This document shows, piece by piece, positions 7,404 to 16,471 of a stretch of DNA of 64,000 nucleotides. A program made the position numbers and the translations under genes. A model generated the notes under the pieces. It ran no database searches and was not told the origin of the DNA. It worked only from the letters and a program-made list of their open reading frames with translations. This DNA comes from Patescibacteria group bacterium (GTDB lineage: Bacteria > Patescibacteriota > Minisyncoccia > Phycocordibacterales > Phycocordibacteraceae). The stretch lies in NCBI GenBank assembly GCA_040384705.1, contig JAZKIU010000001.1:542053-606052 (forward strand), given 5' to 3'. How positions within the stretch are numbered: position 1 is the first letter of the stretch; each line of letters starts with the position of its first letter.

Positions 7404-9329
7404 ATGCTCATCGTCAAACGCTCACCGAGCAATCCGCTCATCATCCCGTCCCGCGCCCGCTCCTTCGAGGCGGTCGGTACCTGCAATCCGTCCGTGGTAC
7501 GTAAGGATGGCGTGACCCACCTGTTCTACCGCGCGTTCGCGGAGCCCGATGCGCTCCTTACCCCCGACCGAGGTTTCTCCACCATTGGCTATGCAAAGAG
7601 CAGGAGCGAGGATTCTTTCGATGAGCATGCGCAAGTCATCTCCCCCACCGAGGAGTGGGAGAAGTATGGGTGCGAGGACCCGCGAGCGACCTGTTTCGAA
7701 GGCAAATGGTACGTCTTCTATACCGCGCTCGGTGGCTACCCGTTCGGTCCCGACAATATCAAGGTTGCGGTCGCTATCGGCGACAGGCCTGAGGCGCTCA
7801 CCGAGAAGCATCTCATCACGCCCTTCAATGCCAAGGCAGCGACGCTCTTCCCGGAGCGCGTGAATGGCGAGGTCGTCCTTCTCCTCACCGCGCACACCGA
7901 CTTCACGGAAGCAAACCCACGCCCGACTATCGGTATCGCGCGCGCCAAGGAAGTCGCTGAGTTCTTCGACCCTGCGTTCTGGGATAGATGGCACAAGGAC
8001 ATCGCAGAACACGCCATACCTGACGTCAGGCGTGCTGACACCGAGCACATGGAGGTGGCGGCGACGCCAGTGCGCATCAAGGAGGGATGGCTCCTTGTCT
8101 ATTCCCACATCCAGGATTATTACGATGAACCGAACCGTATATTCGGCGTCGAAGCGCTCGTGCTCGATGCGAATGACCCGAGGAGAATACTGATGAAGAC
8201 CGCATACCCGTTCATGGTGCCGGAGGAATCCTATGAGCGGTACGGGCTCGTCACGAATGTCGTATTCCCTACCGGCGTCTGTATCGAGGGCGACACGCTC
8301 CACATCTACTACGGCGCAGCCGACACTTCCTGCGCTATGGCGTCCTTATCACTTCCGCACCTTCTCTCGACGATGAGCGAGGAATCGCGCGCCGCATTCA
8401 TGCAGCGACTACCGGAGAACCCGATCATGAGCCCTATCGAGGAGCATGGATGGGAGTCCCGTTCAGTATCGAATGCCGCTGCCATAGATCTCGACGGGTC
8501 GGTACACCTCGTATATCGCGCGATGGGGGCGGATAACACATCGGTTATGGGATATGCGCGTCTTGAAGACGGGTTGCATATAGATGAGCGTCTTGAGGAG
8601 CCCGTGTACGCACCGAGACATGAGTCGGAACAGAAGCAGGGCAAGCCCGATGGAAATTCCGGAACCGAAGACCCGCGCCTTACGCTCATCGATGGCGTGC
8701 TCACGCTCGCATACACCGCGTACGATGGCGTGCACGAGCCACGCGGTGCGATATCGACTATCAGTCCTGAGGATTTCGTCGCGAAGAACTTCAACTGGTC
8801 GCCTCCAGTCTTGGTGACACCAGCTCGGGTCGGCGATAAGGATGTGTGCATATTCCCTGAGCGTATCGATGGGAAGATAGTCGTCATCCATCGTATTGAT
8901 CCGGATATCTGTGTTGAGCGCTTTGATTCCCTCGAGCAGATGGAGACTATCGAGCGCTCGGTGGAGATAATGGGGCCCCGAAGCGGGATGTGGGATGACA
9001 TCAAGGTGGGTGCTGCGGGTCCCCCTATCAAAGTGAGCGAGGGGTGGCTGTTCATCTACCACGGCGTGGGGAGCGACAAGGTGTATCGCCTTGGTGCGAC
9101 GCTTCTGAGCGAGGACGCGAGTACCGTCATCGCACGCACCGTAGCTCCGATACTCGAGCCGGTGCCGGAATGGGAGCGCGTCGGCATGGTGAACAACGTG
9201 GTCTTCTCGTGCGGGGCCGTTGTGCGTGGCGATACCCTCATCATCTATTACGGTGGTGCGGATACAAGGATAGGCATCGCTACCCTCTCCGTGAAAGAAC
9301 TTATGAGCCGTCTCCTCCCTTCCCTATGA
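7404..9329 (+). CDS. Tandem double GH130 (DUF377) glycoside phosphorylase/hydrolase fusion
   Basis: Two complete GH130 modules (GCEDPRATCF.. and GTEDPRLTLIDG..), each with HLxYRA and five-bladed beta-propeller signature motifs. Confidence 0.85.
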   Translation: MLIVKRSPSNPLIIPSRARSFEAVGTCNPSVVRKDGVTHLFYRAFAEPDALLTPDRGFSTIGYAKSRSEDSFDEHAQVISPTEEWEKYGCEDPRATCFEGKWYVFYTALGGYPFGPDNIKVAVAIGDRPEALTEKHLITPFNAKAATLFPERVNGEVVLLLTAHTDFTEANPRPTIGIARAKEVAEFFDPAFWDRWHKDIAEHAIPDVRRADTEHMEVAATPVRIKEGWLLVYSHIQDYYDEPNRIFGVEALVLDANDPRRILMKTAYPFMVPEESYERYGLVTNVVFPTGVCIEGDTLHIYYGAADTSCAMASLSLPHLLSTMSEESRAAFMQRLPENPIMSPIEEHGWESRSVSNAAAIDLDGSVHLVYRAMGADNTSVMGYARLEDGLHIDERLEEPVYAPRHESEQKQGKPDGNSGTEDPRLTLIDGVLTLAYTAYDGVHEPRGAISTISPEDFVAKNFNWSPPVLVTPARVGDKDVCIFPERIDGKIVVIHRIDPDICVERFDSLEQMETIERSVEIMGPRSGMWDDIKVGAAGPPIKVSEGWLFIYHGVGSDKVYRLGATLLSEDASTVIARTVAPILEPVPEWERVGMVNNVVFSCGAVVRGDTLIIYYGGADTRIGIATLSVKELMSRLLPSL

Positions 9330-10075
9330 TTCCTTCCGTCGTCATGTTCGATATAGATAAGACGCTTGCGAGAAGCAAGTCGGATATAGAGCCATTGATG
9401 AGCGAAGCGCTCGCGCGCCTCTTGATAGCGACGAAGGTCGGCATCATCTCGGGCGGCAAGCTCGAGCAGTTCATGAAGCAGGTGGTCGGCAAGCTTCCGC
9501 CTGGTACTCCCTTGTTCAACCTGTATCTGCTGCCAACTTCGGGCGGCGCGCTCTACGAATACCGCAGCGCATGGATGCCGATATACCAGGAACTGCTTGA
9601 GGCCGACGAGGTCGAGAGAATACAGGCAGCGATGGAGGAGGTCATCGATACGTGCAGCGTCATTGATCGCTCCCACCCGCCGTACGGCGACCGTATCGAG
9701 GTGCGTGGTCCGCAAGTGACGCTTTCGGCGCTCGGGCAGCAGGCGCCCGTTAAGGAGAAGGAAGCGTGGGACCCGGTGGGCACCAAGCGCGAGATACTGC
9801 GCGCAGCGCTTGCGAAGCGTCTTCCGGAGTTCGATGTGAAGCGCGGGGGATCTACCTCCATAGACGTCACGAAGCGAGGCGTGAACAAGGCGTTCGGGGT
9901 ACGGAAGCTTAGCGAGCACCTTTCAATCCCTGTAGGGACGATGCTCTATGTAGGCGATGCGCTCGCTCCGGGCGGTAACGACGAAGTAGTGAAGGAGACG
10001 GGCATTCCCACGCGCTCCGTGCTCGATCCTGACGAGACGCTTCTCGTGATCGAAGGACTTCTGAAGGGCGCCTGA
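9326..10075 (+). CDS. Eukaryotic-type phosphomannomutase (HAD-IIB, PMM family)
   Basis: FDIDKTL...KVGIISGGKLEQF and YVGDALAPGGNDEVV...VLDPDETL align closely with PMM2 (FDVDGTLT...KIGVVGGSDFEKV; FFGDKTMPGGNDHEIF). ATGA overlap with the preceding gene. Confidence 0.8.
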   Translation: MIPSVVMFDIDKTLARSKSDIEPLMSEALARLLIATKVGIISGGKLEQFMKQVVGKLPPGTPLFNLYLLPTSGGALYEYRSAWMPIYQELLEADEVERIQAAMEEVIDTCSVIDRSHPPYGDRIEVRGPQVTLSALGQQAPVKEKEAWDPVGTKREILRAALAKRLPEFDVKRGGSTSIDVTKRGVNKAFGVRKLSEHLSIPVGTMLYVGDALAPGGNDEVVKETGIPTRSVLDPDETLLVIEGLLKGA

Positions 10076-10101
10076 TACAATGCTCCCTTAACCTATCCCG
10101 C

Positions 10102-11091
10102 ATGCGCTATTTCCTCATTCCCACCGTCGTCTCTTCGCTCATCATGCTCGGCATCTTGCTGTGGCTCGGGCCCGTCGCGTTCGTGACCGCGCTTCTTCTT
10201 ACCGTGCTCGAGGTCACGCTTTCGTTCGATAACGCGGTGGTGAACGCCCGCGTGCTCATGCAGATGAGCGAGAAGTGGCAGCAGCGCTTCCTCACCTGGG
10301 GCATCCTCATCGCGGTCTTCGGCACCCGCCTCGTGCTTCCCATCCTCATCGTGAGCGTTTCGGTGTGGAGTTCGCCCTGGCTCGTCGCGCAGCTTGCGGC
10401 GTTCCATCCTGAGGAATACGGGCACCTGCTCGAGGGCGCCAAGCACGGCATCTATGCCTTCGGCGCTGCGTTCCTCCTCATGGTGTCGCTCAAGTACTTC
10501 TTCGACGAATCGAAGGAGGTGCACTGGATAGGTATCATCGAGAGGAACCTATCAAAGCTCGGACGTATCGAGGCGCTTGAGATAGGGGTCGCGCTGGTGA
10601 CGCTCGTGGGGCTTTCCTTTCTCGTCCCGAACGAGCAGGCCATCGTGCTCTCAGCCGGTATCATCGGCATCATCCTGTTCATATTCATGCAGGGACTCGC
10701 GAGCTCGTTCTCGGCGACCATGACTAATACTGCGGCGAGCGGGCTTGCGCTCTTCCTGTACCTGAACGTGCTCGACTCCGCGTTCTCGCTTGATAGCGTG
10801 GTGGGCGCGTTCGCGCTCTCGACCTCCATTCCTATCATCGTGGCAGGTCTTGGTATCGGTGCATGGTACGTCAGGAGCATGACCATCTACTTCGTGAAGA
10901 AGAATACGCTCGATACGCTCGTATACCTTGAGCATGGCGCGCACTGGGCGATCTTCGGTCTCGCGGCTTCCATGTTCGCAGGGCTTCTCTTCGAAGTTCC
11001 GGAGATAATCACGGGCGGTATCGGTCTCGCGTTCGTTGCAGCTGCGTACTACTCATCGCTGAGGCTTCGGAAGCATACGAAGACGGCATAG
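10102..11091 (+). CDS. DUF475-family integral membrane protein
   Basis: LEVTLSFDNAVVNA motif and about 8 TM helices. Confidence 0.7.
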   Translation: MRYFLIPTVVSSLIMLGILLWLGPVAFVTALLLTVLEVTLSFDNAVVNARVLMQMSEKWQQRFLTWGILIAVFGTRLVLPILIVSVSVWSSPWLVAQLAAFHPEEYGHLLEGAKHGIYAFGAAFLLMVSLKYFFDESKEVHWIGIIERNLSKLGRIEALEIGVALVTLVGLSFLVPNEQAIVLSAGIIGIILFIFMQGLASSFSATMTNTAASGLALFLYLNVLDSAFSLDSVVGAFALSTSIPIIVAGLGIGAWYVRSMTIYFVKKNTLDTLVYLEHGAHWAIFGLAASMFAGLLFEVPEIITGGIGLAFVAAAYYSSLRLRKHTKTA

Positions 11092-11194
11092 CCCTCGATT
11101 GTGAGGGCTTGACATATTTGAGTATATATGTATATAATACACCCGAATGTACGGGCGTCCTGCCCTTTGATTTGACTCCCGGAAGGAGAAAAAC

Positions 11195-11524
11195 ATGAAG
11201 CTTTTCGCTACCCTCGCGACCTGCCTGTCGCTCGCCGCTAGCCCGGCGTTTGCGCAGTCGACCAGCCCCGGCGCGTTCCCGCCGATGACGCCGTCCGCGG
11301 CGGTCATGGCCTCGCCGTGCGACAAATTGCTCACCTGGCGCCTGCAGCTCTACAGCGACGAGCTCGTGATCCGGGACTTGGAATCCCGGATGAAGCAGAC
11401 GCCCAATGTCTCCCAATCCATGTGGGACAGCCTGACCGAGATCAAGAAGAATATCATGGCGAGCAAGGCGAATCAGACCCAGCTCGAGAAGTACTGCGCG
11501 ATCGCTGCGCGCCTTCCGCGCTGA
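11195..11524 (+). CDS. Small secreted hypothetical protein (signal peptide)
   Basis: N-terminal MKLFATLATCLSLAASPAFAQ signal peptide, GGAAGGAG RBS, followed by a strong terminator. Confidence 0.6.
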   Translation: MKLFATLATCLSLAASPAFAQSTSPGAFPPMTPSAAVMASPCDKLLTWRLQLYSDELVIRDLESRMKQTPNVSQSMWDSLTEIKKNIMASKANQTQLEKYCAIAARLPR

Positions 11525-11550
11525 TCCCTCACCTGCCTCGCCTTCATCTA

Positions 11551-11612
11551 CCCCGTCGTCCGAATGCATTCGCACACAGCGAATCGCATTCGGACGACGG
11601 GGTTTTCATTTT
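11551..11612 (+). terminator. Intrinsic terminator (17-bp stem CCCCGTCGTCCGAATGC/GCATTCGGACGACGGGG + TTTTCATTTT)
   Basis: Perfect 17-bp inverted repeat followed by a T-run. Confidence 0.8.
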
Positions 11613-11630
11613 GCACGCTATACTCTGCTC

Positions 11631-13286
11631 ATGGATATTACTGCGAGACTCGCAGGCGTGATGAAGGGCGACCTAGCCACCGACAGCGAGACGCTCGCGA
11701 AAATGTCGCGCGATACGAGCGTCTTCGAACGTACGCCGTCCTTGGTGGTGTACCCGAAGGATACGCAGGATGTCTCCGTACTCGTGAAGACTATCGCTAG
11801 TGCAAAAGCTGCAGGCGACGATGTGTCAGTCACCGCACGCTCAGCGGGCACCGATATGTCAGGCGGTCCCCTCACTGACTCTGTAGTCGCTGTGTTCACG
11901 AAATACATGAACAAGGTGCATGAGGTCGCTGACGGCTATGCAGTAGCCGAGCCAGGCGTCTACTACCGCGACTTTGAGCGCGAGACGCGCAAGGTGAATA
12001 ACCAGCTGCTTCCCTCGTATCCGGCTTCGCGCGAGCTCGCGGCGCTCGGCGGGATAGTGAACAACGACTCAGGCGGCGAGCGCACGCTCGAATACGGCAA
12101 GACCCATGACTATGTCGAGGAGCTCGAAGTGGTGCTTTCTGATGGCTCTATAACCACCCTCAAAGCACTTACACCCACCGAGCTCGATGGAAAGCGTGCG
12201 CTCCATGGTCTCGAGGGCGATATATACCGGAAGATGAGTGCGCTCATCATGGATAATCTTGATGCGATACGGGATGCGAAGCCGAAGGTCTCCAAGAACT
12301 CTGCTGGGTACGCGCTCTGGGACGTGCTCGATAGCAAGCACGGTACTTTCAATCTCGCGAAGCTCATCACGGGCGCGCAGGGCACGCTCGCGCTCACGAC
12401 CAAGATGAAGCTACGACTCGTGAAGGAGCAGGGGTATCGCGCCATGCTCGTCGTATTCCTGAAGGATATCGACCACCTTCCGGAGATAGTGCATAAGGTA
12501 CTTCCGTATAACCCGGAGTCGTTCGAGAGCTACGACGACCAGACATTCAAGCTCGCCATCAAGTTCCTTCCGCAGATGCTTTCGCAGATGGGGCTCATGC
12601 GTGCTATACGGCTCGGGTTCTCCTTCCTACCGGAGGTCGGCATGGCAGCACGGGGCGGTATACCGAAGCTCATACTCATGGCCGAGTTCTCCGAGGATAC
12701 GCACGAGGAAGCGCTCAAGAAAGCGAAGCAGGCGCAAGAAGCTATTTCCCATCTGGGGGTTGTATCGAGCATAAAGGAGGACGAGAAGGCCGCGGAGAAG
12801 TATTGGATAGTGCGCAGGGAGAGCTTCGCGCTCCTGCGGAAGAACTCGCACGGCCTCTACGCATCCCCATTCATCGACGACTTCGTGGTGCCGGTGGATT
12901 CATATCCAACGTTCATGCCAGAACTGAACGCGCTTCTCGCCGAATATAAGGATAAGTTCATCTATACCATCGCTGGCCACATCGGTAACGGTAATTTCCA
13001 TATTATTCCGCTCATGGATCTCACGAAGGAGGAATCGAGGAAGACTATCCTCGAGCTGTCGCCACGCGTCTATGAGCTCGTTATCAAGTACGGTGGCACG
13101 ACCACAGGAGAACACAACGATGGCATCATCCGCACGCCGTACCTCCCTATGCTCTTTGGCGAGAAAGTAGTGGCGCTCTTCGCAGAGACCAAGCGCATAT
13201 TCGATCCGAACAATATCTTCAATCCAGGCAAAAAGGTCGGTGGTACCTTCGAGGATATCGAGCGGTCGATACTTACGAGCCTCTAA
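11631..13286 (+). CDS. FAD-linked oxidase (GlcD / D-lactate dehydrogenase family, PCMH-type FAD-binding domain)
   Basis: About 550 aa. N-terminal FAD_binding_4-like region (VVYPKDTQDVSVLVKTA...VTARSAGTDMSGG) and C-terminal FAD-oxidase_C features (HIGNGNFH, GGTTTGEHNDG). Confidence 0.85.
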   Translation: MDITARLAGVMKGDLATDSETLAKMSRDTSVFERTPSLVVYPKDTQDVSVLVKTIASAKAAGDDVSVTARSAGTDMSGGPLTDSVVAVFTKYMNKVHEVADGYAVAEPGVYYRDFERETRKVNNQLLPSYPASRELAALGGIVNNDSGGERTLEYGKTHDYVEELEVVLSDGSITTLKALTPTELDGKRALHGLEGDIYRKMSALIMDNLDAIRDAKPKVSKNSAGYALWDVLDSKHGTFNLAKLITGAQGTLALTTKMKLRLVKEQGYRAMLVVFLKDIDHLPEIVHKVLPYNPESFESYDDQTFKLAIKFLPQMLSQMGLMRAIRLGFSFLPEVGMAARGGIPKLILMAEFSEDTHEEALKKAKQAQEAISHLGVVSSIKEDEKAAEKYWIVRRESFALLRKNSHGLYASPFIDDFVVPVDSYPTFMPELNALLAEYKDKFIYTIAGHIGNGNFHIIPLMDLTKEESRKTILELSPRVYELVIKYGGTTTGEHNDGIIRTPYLPMLFGEKVVALFAETKRIFDPNNIFNPGKKVGGTFEDIERSILTSL

Positions 13287-13309
13287 CTGCCTCGTGATAA
13301 AGTACGGAC

Positions 13310-14041
13310 ATGAGCGAAGAATTCCTGGCGCACGAGGCGCTCGTCCAACAATTGAACGACCCTGCGCAGCGTGCAGCGTACGCTAAGCCGTATGACGGAT
13401 ACAAGGTCGGCTGGGTAGCGTCCATGCTCGGCTGGCTGCTCGTCAGTTCGGGCACGCTCGTATACGGCAAGAAGCCATCCTATGCAAAATTCAAGGCAAT
13501 CGAGGTCATCGCCCGCATTCCTTACCAATCGTGGGAAGTCGCTACCTATACTCTCCTGACTGCGCTCTATAAGAACGAGAAGCGCGCCATCGAGCTCGCG
13601 AAGACAAGCACCTTCAGCCGCTTCGCCCAGGACAACGAAACAATGCACGTCGTCGTGCTCTCGCAGATGGTATGCAAGATGAAGGCGCAGCGGTTCTTCA
13701 AGCACACATTCATCCCGCTCCTGTTCGCCTTCTTCTACTTCTGGACCATCTATCTCCTCTATATCGTGTACCGAAAGGCGGCGCTCGAGCTGAACTACAT
13801 TTTCGAGAACCATGCGTACCATCAATACTCGGAATTCCTGGAGCTCTATGGCGAGGAGATGAAGCACCGCGTCTGTATGTACGAGTTCCTCTCCTTCTAC
13901 GGCCGCAATGTGGTCACTGAATACGAGTTCTTCGAGTCGGTCAGGAACGATGAGCTCATCCACCGCAATATGACTATTCGGGAGCTCGAAGCAAGGGGTA
14001 TAAGCTGCGTTCCTAAGGAAGGGGGCTCCATCGCATACTAA
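13310..14041 (+). CDS. Alternative oxidase-like (AOX/PTOX family) membrane-associated diiron-carboxylate protein
   Basis: Four iron-ligand motifs in AOX order and spacing: IEVIARIP (cf. LETVAGVP), DNETMH (NERMH), FENHAYHQYSEF (LEEEAxxTYT), RNDELIHRN (RADEAHHRD). Hydrophobic helices lie between motifs 2 and 3. Confidence 0.6.
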   Translation: MSEEFLAHEALVQQLNDPAQRAAYAKPYDGYKVGWVASMLGWLLVSSGTLVYGKKPSYAKFKAIEVIARIPYQSWEVATYTLLTALYKNEKRAIELAKTSTFSRFAQDNETMHVVVLSQMVCKMKAQRFFKHTFIPLLFAFFYFWTIYLLYIVYRKAALELNYIFENHAYHQYSEFLELYGEEMKHRVCMYEFLSFYGRNVVTEYEFFESVRNDELIHRNMTIRELEARGISCVPKEGGSIAY

Positions 14042-14186
14042 TCCCCATACGACGCTTCCTACCCTTGCGCTTCCATGAGGTTCGTAGCATAGTGGGAATA
14101 ACTCGCAGGTGAGCGAAGCTTCGCGTGGCGTATGCGCCCCTCCAAGTGTTCAGTATCGGCGAGGTTATACGTATTTTTCTAGCCAC

Positions 14187-14555
14187 ATGGCATCAAACAA
14201 GCTCTATGTCGGCGGTATCCCATACCGCACGACCGAGGATGAGCTTCGCACCGCTTTCGAGGAAGCAGGCGAGGTAACGTCCGTCAGCATTATCAGCGAT
14301 CGCATGACCGGCCGCTCGCGCGGATTCGGTTTCGTCGAGATGGTAGACGAGGCTCAGGCCCAGGCTGCTATCGACCGTTGGGACGGCAAGGAAATGGACG
14401 GGCGCATGCTCTCCGTTTCCATGGCGCGCCCGCAGGGTGATCGTCCTCCTCGCGAGGGCGGTGCAGGCGGTGCTCGTGGCGGCGGCTTCGGCGGTGGAAA
14501 CCGTGGAGGCTTCGGCGGCGGCAACGATCGCGGTGGCTACGGCGGAGGTTACTAA
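14187..14555 (+). CDS. Glycine-rich RNA-binding protein (RRM domain)
   Basis: RNP-2 LYVGGI and RNP-1 RGFGFVEM motifs, C-terminal GGFGGG repeats. ATG at 14187. Confidence 0.85.
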   Translation: MASNKLYVGGIPYRTTEDELRTAFEEAGEVTSVSIISDRMTGRSRGFGFVEMVDEAQAQAAIDRWDGKEMDGRMLSVSMARPQGDRPPREGGAGGARGGGFGGGNRGGFGGGNDRGGYGGGY

Positions 14556-14568
14556 TCTCCCCTTACAG

Positions 14569-14604
14569 AAAAGGCCCGGACAATTTGTCCGGGCCTTTTC
14601 TTTT
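14569..14604. terminator. Bidirectional intrinsic terminator (AAGGCCCGGAC-aattt-GTCCGGGCCTT flanked by A-run/T-run)
   Basis: Perfect 11-bp stem between convergent genes. Confidence 0.8.
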
Positions 14605-14613
14605 ATCCTTTGC

Positions 14614-15072
14614 TTATCCGCACGTACCTCCCTTCCCGGTACCCGTTCCCTGTACCATCCGCTTCTTCGCTTCCGCGCTCCAGCCGACGAGGTTCGAGAT
14701 GAGCTGCAGGAACGAGCCGATAGCGGCAAGCGCGAGGATGAGAATGACCGGCCACGCGAACGGCGTCGCGAAGTACGCGAATACCACGACGAAGGAGAAC
14801 CAAAGGCCGACGCACCACGGGCAGGTCACGAGCGTGTTGAGCGTGCCGCGGAGCGATGAGGGAGACGCACCCGCGAACCAGTCACGTATGAAGTCAGTGA
14901 TGGCGTCATAGGTGAAGAGCCGGATCAGGCGCCATATGGCGAGCGCCATGAGGACAAAGTCCCCCATCGATACCTGGTGATTGAACCGCCCCGTTACGGC
15001 AAGCCAGGCGATGCCGAAGAAAAGAAGGATAGCGAAGAATACCGAGAACGTGATGTGCCAGAAGTGCTTCAT
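14614..15072 (-). CDS. DUF1360-family membrane protein
   Basis: TM protein containing TCPWCVGLW motif typical of DUF1360. Confidence 0.7.
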   Translation of the reverse strand: MKHFWHITFSVFFAILLFFGIAWLAVTGRFNHQVSMGDFVLMALAIWRLIRLFTYDAITDFIRDWFAGASPSSLRGTLNTLVTCPWCVGLWFSFVVVFAYFATPFAWPVILILALAAIGSFLQLISNLVGWSAEAKKRMVQGTGTGKGGTCG

Positions 15073-15129
15073 GACGCGATGATAGCATAACGGCCAGCGT
15101 ATGCTGGCCGTTATGCGCGTATAGATTGT

Positions 15130-15438
15130 TTATGCGGCCTGGCAATAGGTCGACGGGATGAAGTTCCCGCGACCTGGAAGCGTCAGAGGACGATTGCTTC
15201 CTTCCGGTGTATTCCCCTTTGACCACGAGATCGGAGATACCTTGCGCTCGTAGCGGATCTTAGGAGCGAGCGAGCGGCCGCAGATGACCGCATCGACGTC
15301 GAAGCACTTTTCGTCGAGCTCGCGACCCTCCTTGAACTCACGGAGGCAGGACGCGAGAATGACCCCTACGTCGCGCGACAACGCGTCGCGCACATAGGTA
15401 GGCTGAAGCTTTGCCCCTGGTGCCTTTTCGTTACTCAT
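15130..15438 (-). CDS. Hypothetical protein
   Basis: Clean ORF, ATG at 15438 (ORF-tool start at 15453 is GTG). No recognised domain. Confidence 0.45.
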   Translation of the reverse strand: MSNEKAPGAKLQPTYVRDALSRDVGVILASCLREFKEGRELDEKCFDVDAVICGRSLAPKIRYERKVSPISWSKGNTPEGSNRPLTLPGRGNFIPSTYCQAA

Positions 15439-15465
15439 AGTACTATTATGCACAATAGTCTATAT

Positions 15466-16221
15466 ATGTCAAGTACATCCGACCAGGATATCAGGGCACT
15501 CGTACGGGATAAGTACGACGGCGACGAAACCGTGGATATTCGGGGTGACGTAGCACGGCTCGAAGCCGGTGAGCCCCTCGCCTATGTCATCGGATGGATT
15601 CCCTTCCTTGGACTAAGTATCCATCTCGACAGCCGGCCGCTCATCCCCCGCCCGGAGACCGAGAGTTGGACGGAGGCACTCATCGAGAAACTCCAGAAGC
15701 GGTTCGGTGATAAGCCGTTCACCCTGCTCGACCTCTGCGCGGGCTCGGGCGCGATAGGACTTGTGGTGCTCGCTCGCTTCCCGAACGCGAAGGTGTCGTT
15801 CGGGGAGCTTGAGCTCGCGCATATCGACCTCATGAAGAAGAACATCGAGTCGAACGGGCTCGATGCGTCCCGCGCCATCATCCGTCGCGGCAATCTTCTC
15901 GCCCCGTTCGTAGGTGAACGCTTCGACTTCATCGTGACCAACCCGCCCTATATCCCGAGCGGTCGCGAATTAGATAATGCCGTTCTCGACTACGAACCCC
16001 CTATCGCCCTTTTCGCAGGAGAACGGGGACTCGACCTCATCGAACGCATCGCGCGCGAGGCTCCTCTTCACCTGAATGCAGGCGGCGAGCTCTGGATGGA
16101 ATGCGATATCGACAACATCGAGGATGCGCGGAATCTCGTGCTTGAGGGCGGCGCGATACGCGCCGACATACGCACCGATCAGTATGGCCGCCCCCGTACC
16201 CTCGTGGGATACTACGCGTAA
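15466..16221 (+). CDS. prmC: Release-factor glutamine N5-methyltransferase PrmC/HemK
   Basis: VTNPPY catalytic motif, LDLCAGSGAIG SAM motif I, PLAYVIGW. Start taken at ATG 15466 (MSSTSDQ...); upstream ATG 15448 also possible. Confidence 0.8.
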   Translation: MSSTSDQDIRALVRDKYDGDETVDIRGDVARLEAGEPLAYVIGWIPFLGLSIHLDSRPLIPRPETESWTEALIEKLQKRFGDKPFTLLDLCAGSGAIGLVVLARFPNAKVSFGELELAHIDLMKKNIESNGLDASRAIIRRGNLLAPFVGERFDFIVTNPPYIPSGRELDNAVLDYEPPIALFAGERGLDLIERIAREAPLHLNAGGELWMECDIDNIEDARNLVLEGGAIRADIRTDQYGRPRTLVGYYA

Positions 16222-16225
16222 CACC

Positions 16226-16468
16226 ATGCAAGACGCTCAAGCGCCCGCATTCCAGCTCGGACCTGCCTTCGAGGTCATGGAACCCGCGAAGATAGTCTCC
16301 GTCATCGCGTGGGTGATGTTCGTGTTCTGGGCCCTCTACACGCTCATCGCGGCGTACCACTGGGTGCGGTACGGCCAGAACTCATCGGTCGCCATCCCGG
16401 CCATCATCACGCACATCATCATCTCGCTCTCCCTCGCACTCTTCGCCGTGTCGGGTTTTGCGCCGTAG
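16226..16468 (+). CDS. Small membrane protein (2 TM), hypothetical
   Basis: ATG 16226 in frame of the listed ORF; hydrophobic 80-aa product; packed between prmC and the next gene. Confidence 0.5.
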   Translation: MQDAQAPAFQLGPAFEVMEPAKIVSVIAWVMFVFWALYTLIAAYHWVRYGQNSSVAIPAIITHIIISLSLALFAVSGFAP

Positions 16469-16471
16469 GTT

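Noticed and set aside
7422-9062. Minus-strand ORFs (293, 248, 199 aa) across the tandem GH130 gene
   Set aside because: Antisense to a gene with strong family motifs. Compositionally biased translations
9044-10075. 343-aa ORF start far upstream of the PMM gene
   Set aside because: The N-terminal part is Arg/Gly-rich junk overlapping the GH130 gene. PMM homology starts at ATG 9326
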